Shown: positions 25,505 to 34,311 of the stretch, in pieces | Layout: every line of letters begins with the position of its first letter | Position numbering within the stretch: position 1 is the first letter of the stretch | NCBI GenBank assembly: GCA_964609835.1 | Contig: CAZSTH010000001.1 | Span: 34,087 to 98,086, forward strand | Direction: 5' to 3' | DNA from: an uncultured Thermoanaerobaculia bacterium | GTDB lineage: Bacteria > Acidobacteriota > Thermoanaerobaculia > Thermoanaerobaculales > Sulfomarinibacteraceae | DNA length: 64,000 nucleotides | The notes under the pieces: generated by a model | Seen by the model: only the letters and a program-made list of their open reading frames with translations | What the model was told of the DNA's origin: nothing | Databases searched by the model: none | Position numbers and translations under genes: made by a program

Positions 25505-26563
25505 TCAGGACTCGCTCTCGAGGCGCACCTCGACCGCCCTGCGGCTGTCGAGCATCACCGCGATCCACTGCAGATCATCGGTGTTCTCGAACATGATCTT
25601 GAGGATCATGGTCAACGGCACCGACAGCAGCATGCCGATCGAGCCCCACATCCAGCCCCAGAACACGAGGGACAGGAAGACCACGAGCGTCGACAGCCCG
25701 AGGGTCCTGCCCAGCAGCATCGGCTCGGCGAAGTTGCCGATCGAGGTGTTGATGACGACGTAGCCGATGGCCACCGCCACGGAGTACCCCACCCCGCCCT
25801 GCACGAGTGCCAGCATCACCGCCGGAATCGCGGCGACGATCGAGCCTATGGTCGGGATGTAGTTGAGCAGGAACGCGAGCAGGCCCCAGACGACCGCGAA
25901 CTCGAGACCGAGGATCCCGGTCCATGTCCCGGCCAGGACTCCCGTCACCAGGCTGGTCACGGTCTTGATGCCGAGGTAGTGCTGGACCTGCCTGACGAAC
26001 TGGCGGAGGTTGTCGAGATCGAACCTGCCGGTGCCGATGGCGGCCTGCATCTTGACCGGAAAGCTGGCCGCCTCGAGGAGCATGAAGATCATGGTCAGGA
26101 TGATCAGGAAGAGGTTCGACAGCACCGCGGCCAGGTTTCGCAACACGCCTCCGAGGAGGTTCATGAGTCGTCCCGGCTGCAGGACGTTGAGGATGTCGAG
26201 GTTCGCGGTGTCAATGTCGCGGGCCTCGAGCCATGACGAGGCGTCGGTCACCAGGCTGTCGAAGCGTTCCTGGTACTGGCTCGCGAAGTTCGCGAACTCG
26301 TTCACCGAGCCCCCGACGATGGCGCCGAAGCCAGTGAAGACTGCGAGCAGAACGATCACGACCGCCAGCACCGACACCGTGACCGGGACCCGCCGACGGG
26401 TCATCCACGACACCGCCGGCGCACAGATGATGGCCAGGAACAGCGCGAGGAGGAACGGAATCACCAGCGTCTGGGCCGCCTTGAGGCCGGCCAGCACGAT
26501 CACCGACGCCGCCCCGATAACCAGCCATCGAGAGCCCGATCCGGGGTGCGCCGTCCGCTCCAT
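25505..26563 (-). CDS. AI-2E family (PerM/UPF0118) transporter
   Basis: Multi-TM protein with LNYIPTIGSIVAAIPAVMLALVQGG and the C-terminal LSVPLT motif typical of the family. Confidence 0.85.
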   Translation of the reverse strand: MERTAHPGSGSRWLVIGAASVIVLAGLKAAQTLVIPFLLALFLAIICAPAVSWMTRRRVPVTVSVLAVVIVLLAVFTGFGAIVGGSVNEFANFASQYQERFDSLVTDASSWLEARDIDTANLDILNVLQPGRLMNLLGGVLRNLAAVLSNLFLIILTMIFMLLEAASFPVKMQAAIGTGRFDLDNLRQFVRQVQHYLGIKTVTSLVTGVLAGTWTGILGLEFAVVWGLLAFLLNYIPTIGSIVAAIPAVMLALVQGGVGYSVAVAIGYVVINTSIGNFAEPMLLGRTLGLSTLVVFLSLVFWGWMWGSIGMLLSVPLTMILKIMFENTDDLQWIAVMLDSRRAVEVRLESES

Positions 26564-26661
26564 TCCCCGAGCTTAACCCAGATGACTCCGAGCGGGAATG
26601 CCGGCTGCGGATATCGGCAGCCCGCCGGTGCGGTTGGAGTGAAAAAAATCACAAATCGCAC

Positions 26662-26689
26662 TGGACGTGACCGAAAATCAGCGTATTCT
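26662..26689 (+). promoter_or_regulatory. weak sigma-70-like promoter candidate (TGGACG-16-TATTCT) for the oad-like operon
   Basis: Located in a relatively AT-rich 207-bp gap, about 80 nt upstream of ATG 26771. Confidence 0.25.
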
Positions 26690-26770
26690 GGTGGCGATTC
26701 CGCGGAGGTGTGCGGCCACCATGACGAACTGCCACATCTCGTGTGACACCATCCAGATCACGAGGACGAC

Positions 26771-26986
26771 TTGATGGATGCCACGCTGCTGCTGTCGGCG
26801 TGCGCGGTGGCCATCGTCGCCGTGTTCGTGCTCCTCAGCGGCCTCGCCGCGGTGATGGCGGGGATCACGCGCCTGTTTCCGGAGCGGTTCACTGACCTCG
26901 ACCCCGTGATCGTGGCCGCCATCTCGAACGCGGTCGCGGTGATCTCGCCGGGCGCCAGGGTGACTCGAATCGAGGAGGAACGATGA
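26771..26986 (+). CDS. Na+-translocating decarboxylase gamma subunit (OadG-like)
   Basis: One N-terminal TM segment, then ITRLFPE...DPVIVAAISNAV, resembling OadG (ITRFFPE...KPVIAAAI). Its stop overlaps the next start (ATGA). Confidence 0.6.
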   Translation: MMDATLLLSACAVAIVAVFVLLSGLAAVMAGITRLFPERFTDLDPVIVAAISNAVAVISPGARVTRIEEER

Positions 26987-28833
26987 TTTTTACCGAACGA
27001 CCGAAGAAGATCCGGGTGATGTTCACTCCCTTCCGGGACGGGCTGCAGAGCTCGTTCGGCGGCAAGGTGCGGCTGCAGGACATCCTGCCGGCAATGGAGT
27101 TCTCGGCCAGGGAGGCCGGCATCCGCCACTTCGAGTTCGGTGGAGGGGCCCGGTACCAGGCCCCGTTCTTCTACGTCGGTGAGGATCCATTCGAGTGCCA
27201 GGACAAGATGCGCGAGGCGGTCGGGCCGGACGTAGATCTCCAGATTCTCACTCGCTCGGTCTCGGGCGTCACGCTGACCACGCAGCGCCTCGACGCGCTC
27301 GAACTGCAGGCCGAACTGATGGCCGAGCACGGCACCACATGGGACCGGAACTTCGACTACATGAACGATGTCGACAACCTGGCCAGAACCGGGAAGCCGA
27401 TCGTCGATGCCGGGATGCACCACCAGGTCTGCGTCGCGCTCATGGGTCTGCCCTTCGAGGACCCGACCGTCCACACCGCCGACTTCTACGTCAACACCAT
27501 TCGACAGTTGCTCGACCGCGGCGTCCACATGGACTCGGTCTGCATGAAGGACGCCTCCGGCACCACCGATCCGAAGACCTGCTACGAGACCGCCAGGGGG
27601 CTCAAGAAGATCCTGCCACCCGAGGTGATCCTGTGGCAGCACACCCACGACACCGCCTCGATGGCTGTCTCCTGCTACATGGCGGGCATCGAGGGCGGCG
27701 TCGACGGCATCGACCTTTCTGTCCGGCCCATGGCATCCGGCACCGTGCAGCCTGACGTGCGCTCGATGTGGCATGCATTGAAAGGGACCGGCTACTCCCT
27801 CGACATCGACCACACCAAGATGGACGAGATCGAGAACCTACTCAACGACGGCATGGCGGACTACGACTTCAACCCCGTCACGACCAGTGCCGACGCGCGC
27901 GTGGTGGGCTTCCCGATGCCGGGCGGCGCGATCGGGCCCAACGTCCACATGATGAAAGAGGCCGGCATCCTCGACCGGTACTCCGAGGTCCTCGCCGAAT
28001 TTCCGGTGGTGGTCAAAGCCGGCGGCGCCTGGACCAGCGTCACGCCGGGCAGCCAGCAGTACTGGCTGCAGGCCTTCAACAACGTCTTGCTCGGCCGCTG
28101 GGAGAAGATCAACGACGGCTACGGCAAGGCAGTGCTCGGCTACTTCGGCCGACCACCGCTGCCGCCGGACCCGAAGGTCGTCGAGATCGCCGCCGAGCAG
28201 CTCGCAAAGCCGCCGTTCGACGGCGATCCGCTGGAGGTCGCCCCGGACAGCCTCAGCGAGGCGCGGGCGGCCCTCGAGGAGCGAGGGCTGCCGACGACCG
28301 ATGAGAATGTCTTCCTGGTCGCGTCGGCAATCATTCCCGGGAAGAACATGGACCTCAACGAGGGCATCCGGCTGCTCACCGGCAAGTCCAAGATCGTGCT
28401 GCCGCTGAAGAAGAAGGAAATCCCGCCGGCCGAATCGGTATCGACCACCGCGCCCGCCGCCGCGCCCGCCGTCTTCAGCGCCCCAGTCACCACCACCTGC
28501 ACGGTGGTGGAGAACGGTCGCCAGCGCACCTTCAATATCACCATCGAGCCGCCGGAGGGTGCAGCCAACCCCGCTGCCGCACCGGCGAGCACCGCCCAGG
28601 CCCCGACCAACGGCACCCCGGTCCTTTCACCGTTCCAGGGCAAGACCGAGCTGGTGGAGATCAACGTCAAGGCCGGCGACACCGTGACCGCGGGTCAGGT
28701 GGTGGCCGCGGTGGAGGCCATGAAGGCCAAGCATGACGTCAAGGCGCCGTGCGACGGTCGCGTGGTGAGCCTCGACGCCGAGATCGGAGCTGATATCGAC
28801 GCCGGCATGCCGATCATGACGATCGGCTCCTAG
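26983..28833 (+). CDS. biotin-dependent carboxyltransferase/decarboxylase alpha subunit (OadA-like)
   Basis: N-terminal HMGL-like TIM-barrel domain (FRDGLQS, MKDASG, HTHDTA), a Pro/Ala linker, and a C-terminal biotinyl domain (VAAVEAMKAKHDVKAP). Confidence 0.8.
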   Translation: MIFTERPKKIRVMFTPFRDGLQSSFGGKVRLQDILPAMEFSAREAGIRHFEFGGGARYQAPFFYVGEDPFECQDKMREAVGPDVDLQILTRSVSGVTLTTQRLDALELQAELMAEHGTTWDRNFDYMNDVDNLARTGKPIVDAGMHHQVCVALMGLPFEDPTVHTADFYVNTIRQLLDRGVHMDSVCMKDASGTTDPKTCYETARGLKKILPPEVILWQHTHDTASMAVSCYMAGIEGGVDGIDLSVRPMASGTVQPDVRSMWHALKGTGYSLDIDHTKMDEIENLLNDGMADYDFNPVTTSADARVVGFPMPGGAIGPNVHMMKEAGILDRYSEVLAEFPVVVKAGGAWTSVTPGSQQYWLQAFNNVLLGRWEKINDGYGKAVLGYFGRPPLPPDPKVVEIAAEQLAKPPFDGDPLEVAPDSLSEARAALEERGLPTTDENVFLVASAIIPGKNMDLNEGIRLLTGKSKIVLPLKKKEIPPAESVSTTAPAAAPAVFSAPVTTTCTVVENGRQRTFNITIEPPEGAANPAAAPASTAQAPTNGTPVLSPFQGKTELVEINVKAGDTVTAGQVVAAVEAMKAKHDVKAPCDGRVVSLDAEIGADIDAGMPIMTIGS

Positions 28834-28841
28834 AGGGTGCC

Positions 28842-29999
28842 ATGGAGGCGCTGAGCATCCTCCTCGCGCGCTCCGGGTTCGCCGCCCTCGGCTGGCAGAA
28901 CCTCGTGATGTTCGCCATCGGCGGGCTGCTCATCTACCTGGCGATCCGCAAGGGTTACGAGCCCCTGCTCCTGATCCCGATCGGGTTCGGCGCCATCCTC
29001 GCCAACCTGCCCAACGCGATGATGTCCGCCTCCGCCGACGCTGCTGCGGGCGCGGCACACGGCACCCACCCGTTGCTGCAGCTGGTCTACAACTTCGGCA
29101 TCAAGACCGAGTTCCTGCCGCCGGTGATCTTCCTCGGGGTCGGCGCACTCACCGATTTCCGGCCATTGCTGAGCCGGCCCCTGACCTTTCTCCTCGGTGC
29201 TGCCGCACAGTTCGGAATCGCGGTGGCCGCCCTCGGCGCCTTCCTGCTCTTCGACTTCAACGCCCGCGAAGCGGCGGCCATCGGGATCATCGGCGGGGCC
29301 GACGGACCGACGTCGATCTTCCTGGCGTCGATCATGGCCCCCCACCTGTTGGGCGCGATTGCGGTCGCGGCCTACAGCTATATGTCTCTGGTGCCGATCA
29401 TCCAGCCTCCGATCATGCGGCTCCTGACCACCCGCACCGAACGCGCCATCGACATGCCGCAGGCCCGGCCGGTCTCGCAGACCGCGGTCGTGCTCTTCCC
29501 CATCGTCACCGCCGTGATCGCCTCGCTCGCGGTGCCGGCCTGCGCGCCCCTCATCGGCATGCTGATGTTCGGCAACCTGCTGCGCGAGTCGACGGTCACG
29601 GACCGCCTCTCGAAGACCGCCGGCGGCGCACTCGTCAATATCGTCACGATCTTCCTCGGGGTCGTCGTCGGTGCCACCATGGAGGGCACCACCTTCATCC
29701 GCTGGCAGACGATCTTCATCCTCGTGCTGGGCGCCGTGGCGTTCTCCTTCAGCACCTTCGGCGGGGTCGTTTTCGCCAAGATCCTCAACCTCGTGCTGCC
29801 GGCGGCCCACCGGATCAACCCCTGCATCGGCGCCGCCGGCGTGTCGGCGGTGCCGATGTCGGCGCGGGTGGTCCAGGACTTCGTGGCCCGCGAGACCGAT
29901 GGCCGGGTCAACCCGTTGATGGCCGCCATGGGGCCGAACGTGGCGGGAGTGATCGGCTCCGCAGTGGCGGCCGGAGTGTTCCTCGCCCTGTTGGGCTGA
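28842..29999 (+). CDS. oadB: Na+-translocating decarboxylase beta subunit
   Basis: YLAIRKGYEPLLLIPIGFGAILANLP and the downstream TM pattern are collinear with OadB/GcdB/MmdB. Confidence 0.9.
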   Translation: MEALSILLARSGFAALGWQNLVMFAIGGLLIYLAIRKGYEPLLLIPIGFGAILANLPNAMMSASADAAAGAAHGTHPLLQLVYNFGIKTEFLPPVIFLGVGALTDFRPLLSRPLTFLLGAAAQFGIAVAALGAFLLFDFNAREAAAIGIIGGADGPTSIFLASIMAPHLLGAIAVAAYSYMSLVPIIQPPIMRLLTTRTERAIDMPQARPVSQTAVVLFPIVTAVIASLAVPACAPLIGMLMFGNLLRESTVTDRLSKTAGGALVNIVTIFLGVVVGATMEGTTFIRWQTIFILVLGAVAFSFSTFGGVVFAKILNLVLPAAHRINPCIGAAGVSAVPMSARVVQDFVARETDGRVNPLMAAMGPNVAGVIGSAVAAGVFLALLG

Positions 30000-30069
30000 G
30001 CTCGTCTTTGACGACAACCCACGGCGCCGGGAGCGGCTGTGGGCACGTCGACCACTCCCGCATGTCACA

Positions 30070-31545
30070 ATGGAAGCGATGCGTACCGCCCTGTCGAGGT
30101 CCGCCGGTCTCACCCTACTGCTCGGCCTGGCGCTGCCCCTGTCGTCGTGCGCCCGGCTCTTCCCCGACCCCCGGCCGTCTTTCGTCCTCATCGTCATCGA
30201 CACGCTGCGGGCGGACTACCTCGGCTGCTACGGTTTCGACGGCGAGATCTCGCCCAACATCGATGCGCTGGCGAGGGAGTCACTGGTTTTCGAGCGCTGC
30301 TCCTCGCAGGCTCCGTGGACCACGCCGTCGGTCGCCTCGATGATGACCTCCCTCCTGCCCGACCTCTACGGCGTGATGCTTCCCGAGGACGCGCCGAGGG
30401 ACCACCGCGAGTGGCGCCGCCAGTGGAACCCGGCCATCCCCGGCGCGGCCGAAACCCTCGCGGAACGCCTGCGAGGCGAAGGCTACCGAACCGGAGCCTT
30501 CGTCGCCAACCCGTTTCTCGTCAGCGGCCTCGGCTTTGACCAGGGCTTCGAGATCTTCGACACCCGACGTGCCCGGGCGTCCGACCGCACCGCCGACCGG
30601 CTCGTCGAGGACAGCGCCGGGTGGCTCGACGAAGCCCTCGGCGGGAACGCTCCGTTCTTTTTCTATCTTCACCTCATGGACGTCCACGGGCCGTACACCG
30701 CTCACGAGCGCCACTACGCCGCCGTGCGGGGGAGCCCCGGCCTGCAAGGAGACGGTCACCGCCTGAGCAATGACGAGTACGACCGCATTCAGCCCTACCT
30801 CCGCGCGCCGCCGTGGGCGCGGCAGCCGCGAGGCCGGTTCGTGCACGAGTGGCGAGCGCGCTACTCGGCAGGGGTCCACGCGGCCGACCGCCGGATCGGG
30901 CGCCTCCTCGACACCCTTCGTGCCCACCGCAGGTGGTCGAAGACGGTGGTGGTCGTGACCTCGGACCACGGCGAGGAACTCTTCGACCACGGTGGGTGGG
31001 ACCACGGCTTCAGTCTCTACCAGCACCAGATCCACGTTCCGCTGATCATCCGCAACCCTGCGGCCCCACAGTTCGCTCGACGGGTTGACGACCAGGTCGG
31101 GCTGGTTGACCTCATGCCGACCCTGGTGACCGTGGCGGGTGCCGAAGTACCGGCAGGGCTTGCCGGTCGGAACCTCTTCGGACCGCGGGCACCCGCACCC
31201 CGTCCGCTCTTCGCGTCCTGCAACAAGGACCGGCCCGATGAGGCGGCGGTTGTCGTCGGCCCGCTGAAGCTCATCGTTGACCTGGAGGTGGGGAGTCGGC
31301 GCGTTTTCGATCTTGACGATGATCCCAAAGAGCTGGCGGAGATCACCACACCAGCGGCACCCGAGATCCAAGAGTTGCAGCGTGTCCTCGAGAGGATGGC
31401 CGCAGCCCGGAAATCTTCGGCCGCGGGCTCGCAGCCGATCCTCGAGCTCAGCGATGAGCAGCTCGAGAGACTCCGGGAGCTGGGCTACGTCGACCCACCC
31501 GCTGATCTCACCATTTCGCGTCGCGAGGTCCGCGAGATGCCGTGA
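30070..31545 (+). CDS. sulfatase-like (alkaline-phosphatase superfamily) lipoprotein
   Basis: FVLIVIDTLRADYLGCYG, QAPWTTPSVASMMTS, VVVVTSDHGEE. Lipobox LSSC. The likely true start is ATG 30079 (MRTALSRSAG...). Confidence 0.8.
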   Translation: MEAMRTALSRSAGLTLLLGLALPLSSCARLFPDPRPSFVLIVIDTLRADYLGCYGFDGEISPNIDALARESLVFERCSSQAPWTTPSVASMMTSLLPDLYGVMLPEDAPRDHREWRRQWNPAIPGAAETLAERLRGEGYRTGAFVANPFLVSGLGFDQGFEIFDTRRARASDRTADRLVEDSAGWLDEALGGNAPFFFYLHLMDVHGPYTAHERHYAAVRGSPGLQGDGHRLSNDEYDRIQPYLRAPPWARQPRGRFVHEWRARYSAGVHAADRRIGRLLDTLRAHRRWSKTVVVVTSDHGEELFDHGGWDHGFSLYQHQIHVPLIIRNPAAPQFARRVDDQVGLVDLMPTLVTVAGAEVPAGLAGRNLFGPRAPAPRPLFASCNKDRPDEAAVVVGPLKLIVDLEVGSRRVFDLDDDPKELAEITTPAAPEIQELQRVLERMAAARKSSAAGSQPILELSDEQLERLRELGYVDPPADLTISRREVREMP

Positions 31546-31726
31546 GCTGTGGCGTTTTCAAGCCGAGGGGCGCGGAGGCGTACTCGACAGCACGTCGAAC
31601 ACTCCGAGGCGAGAAAACTCCGAAGGTCGCGGCCTACCGCGGGCCGCAGCAGCGAGGTGGTGAGAAGTACAGACTCATCTGGACCGCAATTCGCGGTCAC
31701 CTGGGAGAGCGGCCGCGACTTGCGAA

Positions 31727-31936
31727 TCAGAACAGGGTATAGATGAACGGCGCCGCCGCCGACCCGGAAAGCACGATCAGCACGGTGACCAGGAGCAACA
31801 CCAGAATAATCGGCGTCAGCCACCACTTCTTGTTGTGCATCAAAAAGTCGAAGAACTCCCGCACGATCCCCTGCTGCGGCGCCTCGGCCTCGCGCTCGAA
31901 CTCGTTGTCCCGGAACTCCTCTTCACTCATCGTCAC
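31727..31936 (-). CDS. DUF5989-like small membrane protein
   Basis: 69 aa with an acidic N-terminus, then FLMHNKKWWLTPIILVLLLVTVLIVL. This is typical of the small partner of SxtJ/carbamoyltransferase clusters. Confidence 0.7.
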   Translation of the reverse strand: MTMSEEEFRDNEFEREAEAPQQGIVREFFDFLMHNKKWWLTPIILVLLLVTVLIVLSGSAAAPFIYTLF

Positions 31937-31939
31937 ACC

Positions 31940-32359
31940 TCAGAACTGTCGGAAGTAGCGTTTCGCCTCGTCGGCCGTTGCCTCCCGCTCCGCCCAGTAA
32001 CTGGGGGCCTCGGCGTCAAACCGGCGCCTCATGGGATCATACCCCACGAGCCGCATGACGAGCCCGATCGGAGTCAGTACGAGGTAGTAGACCGCGGCCA
32101 GCACCACATGCGACACCACGAAGCCGATCGGCCACGCCAGGTACGACATGCCGACGAAGACGGCCCGCATGAACGGCGGTGCGAGCCAGCCCACGACCGG
32201 CACCACGAGCGCCGCGATCCACAGCCCCGCAGCGATCGCCTGGTTGTCGAATTTGAAGCAGGCGACGGCCCCGAACAGGGTCAGGAAACCCAGCCACACG
32301 AAACCGAACTGGTTGAGCTGGCGGCGGCTCGGGTCGGTGTTGATCTGAATCACGCTCAT
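31940..32359 (-). CDS. SxtJ-family membrane protein
   Basis: 139 aa. RQLNQFGFVWLGFL..., 3-4 TM segments, and C-terminal YWAERE...RYFRQF resembling SxtJ. Confidence 0.65.
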   Translation of the reverse strand: MSVIQINTDPSRRQLNQFGFVWLGFLTLFGAVACFKFDNQAIAAGLWIAALVVPVVGWLAPPFMRAVFVGMSYLAWPIGFVVSHVVLAAVYYLVLTPIGLVMRLVGYDPMRRRFDAEAPSYWAEREATADEAKRYFRQF

Positions 32360-32450
32360 GATCTCACCATTCCGACCCCGATCCCTGTCCCGAGCCAGCC
32401 GATGGTGCCCCCCTCAGTCGGGGACGGAAACCTGCAAGTGCTCGGCACGG

Positions 32451-34283
32451 TCAATCCAGCTCGAACTGCGCGAGGTACTTCTCGCGGTCGGGGACGGCTT
32501 CGGTCGGCTGCTCGTCCTTGAGGAGGATGCAGTTCTCGAGCACCAGGACGTCCATGTCGGTGCCCAAAAAACAGTTCAGGGCGTCCTCCGGGGTGCACAC
32601 GATGGGCTCGCCGCGGACGTTGAAGGAGGTGTTGATCATGACCGGGCATCCGGTGCGCTCGGCGTAGCGCGTCATCAGGCGGTGGAGCCGCGGGTGGCGT
32701 TCCGGGTCGACCGTCTGCACCCGCGCCGAGCTGTCGACGTGGGTGATGGCCGGGACCTCGGAGCGGATCAGTTTGAGCTTGTCGAGACCCTGGTGACCGT
32801 CCTGATCGACCTCTCGCCGCCGCGTCTCGGTCACGTTCGCCACCAGCAGCATGTAGGGGCTGTCGGCCTCCTCCTCCATCTCGAACCACTCGCTGACGTG
32901 CTCGCGCAGGACGATCGGCGCGAACGGCCGGAACGACTCACGGAACTTGATCTTGAGGTTCATCACCGACTGCATGTCGCGGCTGCGCGCGTCACCGATG
33001 ATCGACCGGCAGCCGAGGGCCCTCGGACCGAACTCCATCCGCCCCTGAAACAGGCCCACCACCCGTTCGTTCGAGATGTGATCGATGATCTCGCGATCGA
33101 GCTCGACCTCGTCTTCGATCCGCCGGTAGACCGACCCAACGCGGTCGAGGAGGCCGCGGATCGATGCGTCGTCGAAGCGCGGACCGAGCAGCGAACCGCG
33201 CTGGGCGTCCGGTGCCCCGACCGAGCGGCGGTTGCCGAGCAGCTGATGCCAGATGAACAGCGCGGCCCCGAGCGCGCCGCCGGCGTCGCCTGCCGCCGGC
33301 TGGATCCAGATGCGTTCGAACGGCCCCTCACGCAGGATCCTCCCGTTGGCGACGCAGTTCAGTGCCACCCCGCCGGCTAGGCACAGGTTCCGCGTCCCGG
33401 TCTCCACCTGGACGTGGCGGCCCGCCTGCAGCACGATCTCCTCGGTGACCTTCTGAATCGACGCGGCGAGGTCCATCTCGCGTTGGGTCAGCGGCGACTC
33501 CGGCGTGCGCGCCGGGCCCCCGAAGAGCTCCTCGAAGCGCCGAGACGTCATCGTCAGCCCCTGGCAGTAGTTGAAGTAGGAGAGGTCGAGACGGAACGAC
33601 CCGTCCGGCTTGAGGTCCAACAGGTGCTCGAGGATGCGGTCCCGGTAGCGTGCCTCGCCGTACGGCGCCAGGCCCATCAGCTTGTACTCACCCGAGTTGA
33701 CCTTGAAGCCGCAGAAGTAGGTGAACGCCGAGTAGAGCAGCCCCAGCGAGTGCGGAAAACGCAGTTCGTGGCTCAACTCGACGCGGTTGCCGCGGCCGGT
33801 TCCCCAGCTCGCGGTCGCCCACTCCCCCACCCCGTCGAGGGTCAGGACCGCTGACTCCTCGAAGGGCGATGGGAAAAACGCCGATGCGGCGTGCGACTCG
33901 TGGTGCTCGGTGAAGACGATTCGGCGCCTGAAGGCGCCGTCGAGTTCGCGCCGGATCTCCCGCGGCAGATGGAGCTTCTGCCGCAGCCACAACGGCATCG
34001 CCTTCAAAAACGAGCGGAAGCCCACCGGCGCGTAGGCGAGGTAGGTCTCGAGGATGCGCTCGAACTTGAGGAACGGCTTGTCGTAGAAGCCCACGTAGTC
34101 GAGGTCGCCGGGCGCGAGTCCCGCTTCGGACAGGCAGTAGGCGATCGCATGGGACGGAAAGCCGTAATCGTGTTTCACCCGCGTGAAGCGCTCCTCCTGC
34201 GCGGCGGCGACGATTTCCCCGTCCACAACCAGCGCGGCAGCGGAGTCGTGGTAATACGCTGAGATGCCGAGGATCGCGGTCAT
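32451..34283 (-). CDS. carbamoyltransferase (NodU/CmcH family)
   Basis: ILGISAYYHDSAAALVVDGEIVAAAQEERFTRVKHD, GGVALNCVANG, NTSFNVRGEPIV. Confidence 0.9.
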   Translation of the reverse strand: MTAILGISAYYHDSAAALVVDGEIVAAAQEERFTRVKHDYGFPSHAIAYCLSEAGLAPGDLDYVGFYDKPFLKFERILETYLAYAPVGFRSFLKAMPLWLRQKLHLPREIRRELDGAFRRRIVFTEHHESHAASAFFPSPFEESAVLTLDGVGEWATASWGTGRGNRVELSHELRFPHSLGLLYSAFTYFCGFKVNSGEYKLMGLAPYGEARYRDRILEHLLDLKPDGSFRLDLSYFNYCQGLTMTSRRFEELFGGPARTPESPLTQREMDLAASIQKVTEEIVLQAGRHVQVETGTRNLCLAGGVALNCVANGRILREGPFERIWIQPAAGDAGGALGAALFIWHQLLGNRRSVGAPDAQRGSLLGPRFDDASIRGLLDRVGSVYRRIEDEVELDREIIDHISNERVVGLFQGRMEFGPRALGCRSIIGDARSRDMQSVMNLKIKFRESFRPFAPIVLREHVSEWFEMEEEADSPYMLLVANVTETRRREVDQDGHQGLDKLKLIRSEVPAITHVDSSARVQTVDPERHPRLHRLMTRYAERTGCPVMINTSFNVRGEPIVCTPEDALNCFLGTDMDVLVLENCILLKDEQPTEAVPDREKYLAQFELD

Positions 34284-34311
34284 GCTTCGAGTCTACCCGA
34301 GACGGGCGACT

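Noticed and set aside
26564-26770. Riboswitch or leader RNA upstream of the oad-like operon; contains an A7 run and a GGTGGC…GCCACC hairpin
   Set aside because: I could not match it to any riboswitch consensus I know. The A7/T7 run has no adjacent stable hairpin on either strand. Only a weak promoter candidate was kept.
31546-31726. Terminators between the convergent sulfatase-like and DUF5989 genes
   Set aside because: Short 6-bp hairpins exist (GACCGC-AATT-GCGGTC and GCGGCC…GGCCGC) but have no adjacent U or A tracts. This is too weak to call.
32340-32353. TTGATCTGAATCAC, a 9/10 match to the FNR/CRP box
   Set aside because: It lies inside the first codons of the SxtJ gene (MSVIQIN) with one half-site mismatch. 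It is most likely coincidental.
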